Assembly (NCBI GenBank): GCA_023143685.1
Contig: JAGLHE010000023.1
Coordinates: 700-64,699 of the forward strand
DNA: 64,000 bases
Source of the DNA: Candidatus Omnitrophota bacterium
GTDB lineage: Bacteria; Omnitrophota; Gorgyraeia; Zapsychrales; JANLHA01
Reading direction: 5' to 3'
Shown: positions 57,184 to 64,000 of the stretch, one piece after another
How the letters are laid out: each line of letters opens with the position of its first letter
How positions within the stretch are numbered: the first letter of the stretch is position 1
Translations under genes and position numbers: made by a program
Notes under the pieces: generated by a model
Databases searched by the model: none
Told to the model about the DNA's origin: nothing
What the model saw: only the letters and a program-made list of their open reading frames with translations

Positions 57184-58113
57184 TTATTTCTCAAAAACCG
57201 AAAGAAAAACAGAACTCCACACTAGACTGACCGGAAGTTGCTCCAATGGCTCTAACGAACACGATATCCGATTATATACATCCGGTGGAAGAAGGCGGTT
57301 GACTCTCGGATCCATCAAATGCGGATGAACACCAAAACAATGTGTATTCTTAAACCCAAATTCCGCAGCCTTTTCCGTAAGCCTTTTCGGTGTATGCTGC
57401 CGCGCTTCAAGAGCATTGTCATCTTTTCCAAGACGAATACTTGCAGACTCTTCACCGAAACTATCCGACAAAGCCTCGACCTCTATCCCCTGCACAGATT
57501 CTTTAAGACAGTCCAGGAAATCTTCAATTTCTTGCTTCGGTATGCCTTGATACAACTCATCAATTTCATAAAGCAACGGCACCGCCTCACCCTGCTCGAT
57601 TTCCTTTACCGTCCGATAGGACAAACTAACCATATTAAATAACCGATTACGGCAGGAAACCAAAAAAGTTCCCTCGGGTCTAAGAAGATCATCGGCTAAC
57701 CGAAAAAGGATATCGTCATTAGGTAAGTACCCAATCAGTCCCATAGCAGTCACCGCATCAAAATGATTTTCCTGAAGATCAATTTTTTCCAAGTCAGACA
57801 GAACAAAACGAACCCGGTATTGCTCTTCCTTAGGAAGATTCCCTCGAGACTCATTGGCAATATCAATCATTTTTGAGGATTGATCTACGCCAACGACATT
57901 GTGCCCATTTTTAGCAAGCAGTATCGAAAGGTTACCACCACCACAACCCAAATCAAGGATATTAAGATTAGGGCCTTTCTCTGCAAGCACGGAACTTACG
58001 ATACGCGCCCGATGAAAAGCGACGGGATAAGAGTACTTGTCCTCATCATACCCAGACTTGATCCATTCTTCCGCATTCTTATTAAAATAATTTCTAACGC
58101 ATTGTTTATCCAT
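57184..58113 (-). CDS. Class I SAM-dependent methyltransferase
   Basis: Motif I ILDLGCGGGNLSILLAKNGHNVVGVDQS, then FDAVTAMGLIGYL and PEGTFLVS. Confidence 0.82.
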   Translation of the reverse strand: MDKQCVRNYFNKNAEEWIKSGYDEDKYSYPVAFHRARIVSSVLAEKGPNLNILDLGCGGGNLSILLAKNGHNVVGVDQSSKMIDIANESRGNLPKEEQYRVRFVLSDLEKIDLQENHFDAVTAMGLIGYLPNDDILFRLADDLLRPEGTFLVSCRNRLFNMVSLSYRTVKEIEQGEAVPLLYEIDELYQGIPKQEIEDFLDCLKESVQGIEVEALSDSFGEESASIRLGKDDNALEARQHTPKRLTEKAAEFGFKNTHCFGVHPHLMDPRVNRLLPPDVYNRISCSLEPLEQLPVSLVWSSVFLSVFEK

Positions 58114-59082
58114 TTACCATTCCCTTTCATAACCAGCAATCATTTCATCCAAATACTTCAAACACTCTTTATTGGCAATCGCCTTAATCTTTTCCCATCG
58201 ATCGGCACGCCCCTCTTCTGACACATCCCAGGGCAGACGCATTTTCTTAACCTCTTTATTTGTATAACGCGTGGTGCGTGTCCCTAAAAAATCCGCCATT
58301 TTTTCTGAAATTCCCAGAGGGTTAACGACCAATTCCTCGAATCGTAACAACAGGATCCGGCTCTGTATTTCAGAAGACAGCTTTTCATATCCTTTTCTTA
58401 TTTTTTCATTAAGAACATAAAGCATGCGAATAACCCGATCAACCGGTGATGCCTTTAAATATTCTTCTTCCCATCCTGCACCAAGGTAATACACCGCAGC
58501 ATCCTTGTGTTCAAGGCATATCGAAAAATCTCTCGCGGTTGAGCACATCCTTTGCCCATGCCCACGGTTCATCCAAGCATCAATTGTATCAATAGGATTA
58601 CGCATCAACTCGATCACATGAAGTTTTTCCCCATAGGCATCAAAATGAAGATCCATATGTTCCATCTGATGATGCGTTCCTACTTGGAAAATGGGTATTT
58701 CTTTCTTTATTTTCGCGACACACGCATCGCCATCCTGGTCAAAAAGGCGTCGCAAATATTTCTTCCAATCAGGATACCGGAAAATACTAGTGCTGTCTTT
58801 CCATCGGAAATTCGAATTGCGCGCCAGGCAAGCATGATAACAAAAAATATCAGCTTCCAACCGCAGAAGCGTTGCAGCAGCATCCCTTTGTATTTTTCCA
58901 AACCCGTAAAGAACCCCGACGTAATCAAAAATTTCTTCAACACGCTCGGACTCCACTCGTTCCATGGTCGCAAGCATCCTTGAAGTAACAGTTTTTCCGC
59001 TTCGTGAAGGACCATCAACGAGGACAATCTCTTGCGGCATAGAACATGGGCGACAAATTTTGACATCATGAATCTTTTCCAT
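58114..59082 (-). CDS. Sulfotransferase-family protein (candidate)
   Basis: LVDGPSRSGKT resembles a 5-prime-PSB loop, ELMRNPIDTIDAW a 3-prime-PB-like R-x-P-x-D motif, and LLLRFEELVVNPLGISEKMADFLG the typical sulfotransferase C-terminal block. Confidence 0.6.
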   Translation of the reverse strand: MEKIHDVKICRPCSMPQEIVLVDGPSRSGKTVTSRMLATMERVESERVEEIFDYVGVLYGFGKIQRDAAATLLRLEADIFCYHACLARNSNFRWKDSTSIFRYPDWKKYLRRLFDQDGDACVAKIKKEIPIFQVGTHHQMEHMDLHFDAYGEKLHVIELMRNPIDTIDAWMNRGHGQRMCSTARDFSICLEHKDAAVYYLGAGWEEEYLKASPVDRVIRMLYVLNEKIRKGYEKLSSEIQSRILLLRFEELVVNPLGISEKMADFLGTRTTRYTNKEVKKMRLPWDVSEEGRADRWEKIKAIANKECLKYLDEMIAGYEREW

Positions 59083-59123
59083 TACAAAAACTCCTTTAAA
59101 ATTTACTAGCAGTGGAACACATT

Positions 59124-61256
59124 TCAGGCATTATTACAAAAAGTCTTAAAAGTATCCACAGTTCTGACTTTATCTTCTCCCCACAATTTTTTATAACGTT
59201 GTGCCGCGTCCGCCAAAATCGTATCCTTTGACAAACCGGCTTTATGTCCATCCAGAATCCATTCGAAATACGTGCTGACCCTTTCGACGGCACGGCCATC
59301 ACGAAAAGGATCAAAGTCATTAATAACAGGCGACCAGTCCCCAAAACCAGAAACCCCTCGGCCAGGCATCCGCCAATGTTCTTCCATAGCCGTCCAAAGA
59401 TCTTCCCATGCATCAAAAACAATTTTCCCTTTACCAAATTTATACATCTTACTTACAGGCCACCCCTCCCTGTCTAATAATAGAGTAGGCACCCCGTTAA
59501 GTGCTGGCTCGAGCCCGGCAGAAACCGCCATCGCATGCCCATGAACAACAACATCAGCAGCAAACCCGGCAATCGCTGTGGGATAACACTTGTCAAAAAT
59601 ATAACACCGTCCCGTTGCCAGCGCCGCGTCAAGAAGCTTCGAAACCTCCCCCAATCTCTTGACAAGCGTTTCGGACACCTTGGGCTTTAAGATAAGGCCT
59701 ATCTCAGGATTCTCTAACACCTTGTTCAATATGAATATATAATTTTCCCGCATAAATTCATGCCCGCTATGCCAACGCGCATCATCAATAGAATTTTCGT
59801 CCAGATACGCGAAGATTCTTTTAGCACCATTCTTCATCAAATGTTCTCGCCCCTCTCGCGCAGGGTCTTTAAGAAGAGGAAACCGATAATCGCCAATATA
59901 TCCGACGATAACATAATACGGGATATAAGAGTTGGATGCCAACCCCGCTTCATACCCCATCGATGAAAATCCGAAAGCCAAGTCGACAGCCACTGTCAAC
60001 TCCGGGCAGCCCATTTCTTCATGCGAACGCTGATAAATAGCGCTCACGCCTCCCACACGGTTTAAGGCATGCGAAATAATACAATGACGCGTGTCCCAGT
60101 TATACCAAGAAATATACGCCTTAACATTATTCTTCACAAAAAAATCATACCAATATCTATACTCTTGCTCAAAATTTCTTGTCTGCTCCAAGAGCCATGC
60201 CCTCGTTTCCTTAGACCCTCGCCAGCCATTCCCCTTCTTCAAATCTTTAATCTCTAAAAATAACGGATCCATTAAATCTGCTCTTTGTCCTAGAGAGTTT
60301 AAAAAAAGCGGAACTTGGGGGACACGGCTTGCTTTTGGGTTAAGAGCCACACAGCCTATCTGCTGCCGCTGAAGCTCTAAGAATTTTTGTTCATCCAAAG
60401 GATCCGCTGGCAGGTTAAACGTCATCAAGATATCCTGTCCTTTCAACCCGGACTTCCCAAAGAAAAACAGGTCAGAAATATTTTCCGGTCTGTCCAAATT
60501 TAAAAAGCCACAATACTCCACCATCAATTTAGGGCCATCGCCCTGCATCTCCGACAAGCTACCATCAGGTTTATCCTTCAATAGCTTCTGAAAAAAAGCT
60601 GTCGCATGGTAATACAAATTACGAGAAAAAGTTTCCCCTAAGAAATAAGCGAAAACTCTTTTAACGCTGAACTTCCGAAACTTCGAAAAGACAATATCTG
60701 TTTGATACCCCTGCGCGTAATCCAACAACTCCTTCTTCCCGAACCGCGGATACGCGAAAATAATATTAAAATACTCTTCCCCCAGTTTCTGCTTCACAAA
60801 CCACCTGCCCACATGGATCAAAAACAATATCCGCCAAGTGGTGTCCTGGGCAAACCACGCGAACCCAACGCTTTGTTTTTGCAGATATACACAAAACCGT
60901 GGGTTGTTTTGTTGTTGAACGCGAAAAACCTCCTGCAGTAAAGGATCATTCAGAAGAATATCCTTCTGCACCTGCGCCAACTTCTCATACGATATCTTAA
61001 GCCGCATCAACTGCCCATTGTCCGCCCTGACATCAATGAGCCGAAAATTTAATTTCTCGATCGATAACCCACAAAGAAAAAAAATCCCCTTTGAAAGATA
61101 AAGGCCAAGATGTGTTGCATCAATATAATAAAACACGCACTTACCCTCACCCTGCTTATTCTGCCGCTTTAAAAGAAACGGGACAACCGTAAAAAGAAAT
61201 ACAGGAACCGTTAAGTTCTCAACAAGGTAAAGGTATTTTTTATTCTGAATATTCAT
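59124..61256 (-). CDS. Large uncharacterised protein with GT-B-like C-terminal domain
   Basis: 710 aa. I recognise no family motif. The C-terminal pattern RIFAYLDEN...GLILKPK...AADVVVHGHAMAVSAGLEPALNGVPTLLLD resembles the C-domain of GT-B transferases and parallels 36851-38680. Confidence 0.4.
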   Translation of the reverse strand: MNIQNKKYLYLVENLTVPVFLFTVVPFLLKRQNKQGEGKCVFYYIDATHLGLYLSKGIFFLCGLSIEKLNFRLIDVRADNGQLMRLKISYEKLAQVQKDILLNDPLLQEVFRVQQQNNPRFCVYLQKQSVGFAWFAQDTTWRILFLIHVGRWFVKQKLGEEYFNIIFAYPRFGKKELLDYAQGYQTDIVFSKFRKFSVKRVFAYFLGETFSRNLYYHATAFFQKLLKDKPDGSLSEMQGDGPKLMVEYCGFLNLDRPENISDLFFFGKSGLKGQDILMTFNLPADPLDEQKFLELQRQQIGCVALNPKASRVPQVPLFLNSLGQRADLMDPLFLEIKDLKKGNGWRGSKETRAWLLEQTRNFEQEYRYWYDFFVKNNVKAYISWYNWDTRHCIISHALNRVGGVSAIYQRSHEEMGCPELTVAVDLAFGFSSMGYEAGLASNSYIPYYVIVGYIGDYRFPLLKDPAREGREHLMKNGAKRIFAYLDENSIDDARWHSGHEFMRENYIFILNKVLENPEIGLILKPKVSETLVKRLGEVSKLLDAALATGRCYIFDKCYPTAIAGFAADVVVHGHAMAVSAGLEPALNGVPTLLLDREGWPVSKMYKFGKGKIVFDAWEDLWTAMEEHWRMPGRGVSGFGDWSPVINDFDPFRDGRAVERVSTYFEWILDGHKAGLSKDTILADAAQRYKKLWGEDKVRTVDTFKTFCNNA

Positions 61257-62422
61257 CCCTTAAAAGCCCCTTGAATAATCTCGATCACCCTTTGCTGACT
61301 GTCCACGCTTAGTTCAATTGAAGAAGGAATACTCAAGGCCTTGGTATAAAGATCATCTGCCACACAAATATCATAAGCATAACAATCTTTAAACGGGGCA
61401 AGCCGATGCAACGGATGCCATAAAGGACGCGTTTCAATCCCGCATTCAGAAAATTTCTTAAGCAAATCACGGCTTGTCATGCCGTATTTATTCTGATCAA
61501 TAAGAACCGTATACAGCCAATAAATTGACTGTGCCCACTCTTTTTCTTGTGGCAGAGTTATCCCTGCGACATCTGCCAATCCTTCAAAGTAACGCTCGGC
61601 TATAGCGCGTTTGACTTCAATATATTTATCCAAACACTCCATTTGCGCCACACCCATCGCTGCCTGAATATTTGTTAGACGATAGTTATATCCAATCGCG
61701 TTATGAATCGACTCAACAGGCTCATCTTTGGCTTGCGTTGTCAAATATCGCGCTTTTTCAGCCCATTGCTGGTTATTCGTAACCAACATCCCTCCCCCGC
61801 CTGCTGTAATAATCTTATTTCCATTAAAACTGAAACAACCGATATCCCCAATCGCACCGACCTTCTTCTCTTTATATATAGCCCCGATACTTTCTGCCGC
61901 GTCCTCAATTACAATAAGATTAAACTTTTTGGCTAGTTCCAAAATTGGATCTATATCAACCGGATGACCTAAAATATGTACCGGTAAAATGGCCTTAACA
62001 TTCCTTTGGGTATGCTTATTAACACACTGCCCATCCTTAACATCACATTCTTTTAGTAAAAAATCTTTAACCTTATTAGTATCCAGCTGCCAAGTATCCG
62101 GCTGAATATCCATAAAGACCGGATACGCACCTGTGTAACGGACAGCATTAGCCGGAGCCACAAAGGTAATCGTCGGCATAAGTACTTCATCGTCTGCTCC
62201 GATCCCCGCGACCATCAATGCCGTGTGTAAAGCGGCGGTTCCGCTAGAACAGGCAACCGCATGATTACAGCCAACATACTCTGCCACGACCTGCTCAAAT
62301 TTATTCACATACGATCCTGCCGAAGAGACCCACCCGGTATCAAGACAGTCTTTAATATACTCCCACTCCTTGCCTTGAATAGCCGGAATCGCGAGCGGGA
62401 TAAACTTTTTATTATCAGTCAT
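61253..62422 (-). CDS. DegT/DnrJ/EryC1/StrS-family PLP-dependent sugar aminotransferase
   Basis: IPLAIPAIQGKEWEYIKDCLDTGWVSS, SGTAALHTAL, IEDAAESIGA, FSFNGNKIITAGGGGM (Lys) and NYRLTNIQAAMG. Start taken at ATG 62422, an 8-nt overlap with the upstream gene. Confidence 0.9.
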   Translation of the reverse strand: MTDNKKFIPLAIPAIQGKEWEYIKDCLDTGWVSSAGSYVNKFEQVVAEYVGCNHAVACSSGTAALHTALMVAGIGADDEVLMPTITFVAPANAVRYTGAYPVFMDIQPDTWQLDTNKVKDFLLKECDVKDGQCVNKHTQRNVKAILPVHILGHPVDIDPILELAKKFNLIVIEDAAESIGAIYKEKKVGAIGDIGCFSFNGNKIITAGGGGMLVTNNQQWAEKARYLTTQAKDEPVESIHNAIGYNYRLTNIQAAMGVAQMECLDKYIEVKRAIAERYFEGLADVAGITLPQEKEWAQSIYWLYTVLIDQNKYGMTSRDLLKKFSECGIETRPLWHPLHRLAPFKDCYAYDICVADDLYTKALSIPSSIELSVDSQQRVIEIIQGAFKG

Positions 62423-63695
62423 CAACACCATCCCCATTAACCGTATGTCGCCGCTTCCATTCTCCGTTAACCTTGGCCCAAAGATGCTCAGAACGAAACT
62501 TGTCACAAAGCTGACGAAACTCTTCATCTTCCATATCAATATACGACAAAAACTCCTTATAGTATCGTTTAGGAAATTCGCCGTCAAACTTCTTGATTAA
62601 CGCTTTGCCTTCTTCGGTGGTAATCTTTTTATTTCGGATTTCCTGCGCAGCATCCTGCATCGCACGCCCCATCCCAAACTTAATAAACCCGGTATAATAA
62701 TTAAACCCGTCAATTTTATCATCAAGACTATTATATTTAGAGTACGTCCCTTCTGTGCGAACCGGATTCGCTTCAAACCCTGCATTCTCAACCGAATAGT
62801 AATAGCATTCTTGTGGGTCCCACTTAATAAAATACCCCAAATAATACACATCAATTTCCTTTTCTTCATAGACAGAATAGTCCAGCGGGAAATAGGCCAA
62901 CAAATCATTCATATCGACATCATACTTTTCGATAATCTCGCCAGATTGAACACCACCTAAATACAAATCGCGCACATCTTTTCCGTTCGCCACATCCTTA
63001 CTAAATCCAGAACCCGGCTTATCAGAAAACTTCTTTTCAGAACCCCCATCACTTGCCTCCGTTGTCCCATACTCCCCCGGCATCTCCCCATAAAACGCTA
63101 ACGGGATATCAAACTTGGCGCACATCTTAGCGACAAATGTTTTTTGCCCCATAATAAACGGCTGAAATGGATGCAGAAGGTTAATCACTGATAGCCGTGT
63201 CAAAAGCCGATGCACGCGGCCATTGGGGGTAAAAAGAAAATTATCAAAGCCACCAATATGAAGCCAATTCTGAAAATTCTTCCATCCGATATCCGTATAC
63301 AAATGTGGTGACCACGTTACGGTCAACGGATGCATCCCATACTTATATTTCAACAAATGCGCCGCAAAAATACTATCCTTGCCTCCACTGCCAGGAGCAA
63401 TGCAATCATAGGATCCATCTGTTTTACGGTATCGGTCACAAATGTCCATCAGCTCTTTTTCTCTTTGCTTCCAATCAATATTTTCGTGCTGCGTCTCTTT
63501 ATTACGACAAGCGGAGCAAATACCGTCCTCATCAAACCCAATTGTTTTCTTCTGCGACTTCGGATTGTGTTCATATTCATTAACAGAATTAGGTCGCTGA
63601 TTGATGATATTACAAATTTTGCAAAATTTCACCTCGCTGGGCAACCCATATTTAACTTCTAATTCTTTCACGTTCATTCCCTTCCCTATCCTCAT
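62415..63695 (-). CDS. N-acetyl sugar amidotransferase (WbpG/WbuX/PseA-type PP-loop enzyme)
   Basis: N-terminal CKIC...CSAC zinc-ribbon and PP-loop APGSGGKDS. Paired with a HisH-like gene immediately upstream via an ATGA overlap at 63692-63695. Confidence 0.8.
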   Translation of the reverse strand: MRIGKGMNVKELEVKYGLPSEVKFCKICNIINQRPNSVNEYEHNPKSQKKTIGFDEDGICSACRNKETQHENIDWKQREKELMDICDRYRKTDGSYDCIAPGSGGKDSIFAAHLLKYKYGMHPLTVTWSPHLYTDIGWKNFQNWLHIGGFDNFLFTPNGRVHRLLTRLSVINLLHPFQPFIMGQKTFVAKMCAKFDIPLAFYGEMPGEYGTTEASDGGSEKKFSDKPGSGFSKDVANGKDVRDLYLGGVQSGEIIEKYDVDMNDLLAYFPLDYSVYEEKEIDVYYLGYFIKWDPQECYYYSVENAGFEANPVRTEGTYSKYNSLDDKIDGFNYYTGFIKFGMGRAMQDAAQEIRNKKITTEEGKALIKKFDGEFPKRYYKEFLSYIDMEDEEFRQLCDKFRSEHLWAKVNGEWKRRHTVNGDGVDD

Positions 63696-64000
63696 TTTAA
63701 TTTTATAAAATTATCTAAAATCTTTAATCCAAGTTTAGAACTTTTCTCGGGATGAAATTGACATCCATAAACATTATCTTTAAAAACAACAGAACAAAAA
63801 TTCTTTTCCCCATATTCTGTTTCTGCCAAAACATGAGCAGAGTTCTTAGGCTGCACATAAAAAGAATGCACAAAATACACCTCACTCTTATCCTGAATAC
63901 CTGCTAAAGGTGTCCCCTCCCATGGGGCATCCTTTTTTTGAAGACCGCTCCATCCTACGTGAGGGACTTTAAGAATGTATTCATCACCTTCTTTCTGTGC
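63692..64000 (-). CDS. HisH-like glutamine amidotransferase subunit (partial; 5-prime end beyond the window)
   Basis: The frame is open to the window edge: ..KVPHVGWSGL..VYFVHSFYV..GCQFHPEKSSKLGLKILDNFIKL. These are canonical imidazole-glycerol-phosphate-synthase HisH motifs. The Met in the ORF track is an internal GTG. Confidence 0.85.
   Translation of the reverse strand, partial: AQKEGDEYILKVPHVGWSGLQKKDAPWEGTPLAGIQDKSEVYFVHSFYVQPKNSAHVLAETEYGEKNFCSVVFKDNVYGCQFHPEKSSKLGLKILDNFIKLK

Noticed and set aside
59096-59437. 113-aa minus-strand ORF overlapping the 3-prime end of the 710-aa gene in another frame. The same applies to 44152-44337 (61 aa), 51220-51405 and other nested minus-strand ORFs.
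   Set aside because: They are out-of-frame overlaps with much longer, better supported ORFs, and have no motifs or independent start signals.

Overview
This 64-kb window is AT-rich and bacterial. Every credible gene lies on the minus strand, and most are separated by less than 60 bp or overlap at start and stop codons. Lineage cannot be determined from sequence alone.

Left 14 kb: two GT-C-like membrane proteins flank glgC. They are followed by a five-gene Opp/Dpp-type peptide ABC importer and the conserved pgk-tpiA-secG operon, which has a recognisable promoter and an intrinsic terminator.

From about 13.7 kb to the right edge, and evidently beyond it, runs one surface-glycan locus of about 50 kb. 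It contains:
- GDP-fucose genes (gmd, fcl)
- a WbaP-type initiating phosphoglycosyltransferase
- three Wzy_C/O-antigen-ligase-family paralogues
- GT2, GT4 and GT26 transferases
- two polyprenyl-phosphate sugar synthase-like GT2s and a UbiA-type decaprenyl-phosphate phosphoribosyltransferase-like enzyme, next to GT-C-like membrane proteins
- SGNH esterases and an acetyltransferase

From about 41 to 64 kb lies an unusually dense sugar-nucleotide tailoring block. It holds a KdsB-like cytidylyltransferase, an HpcH-type aldolase, an FSA/transaldolase-type enzyme, a SIS isomerase and a HAD phosphatase. It also holds several dehydrogenases, two B12-binding radical SAM enzymes, about seven SAM methyltransferases across the locus, a carbamoyltransferase and a sulfotransferase-like protein. 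The block ends in a DegT aminotransferase and a WbpG/WbuX-type amidotransferase with a HisH-like partner, which the window edge cuts. No KdsA/NeuB-type synthase, Wzx, Wzz or ABC polysaccharide exporter is visible in the window.

Non-coding oddities:
- a 130-nt near-perfect hairpin whose G-U pairs and U-tract fit the plus (antisense) strand
- a perfect 91-bp tandem duplication splitting the two opp ATPase genes
- several operon junctions built from short phased tandem repeats
- a 51-bp in-frame tandem repeat inside one Wzy_C gene

All functional calls come from reading motifs by eye. No database or HMM search was run.
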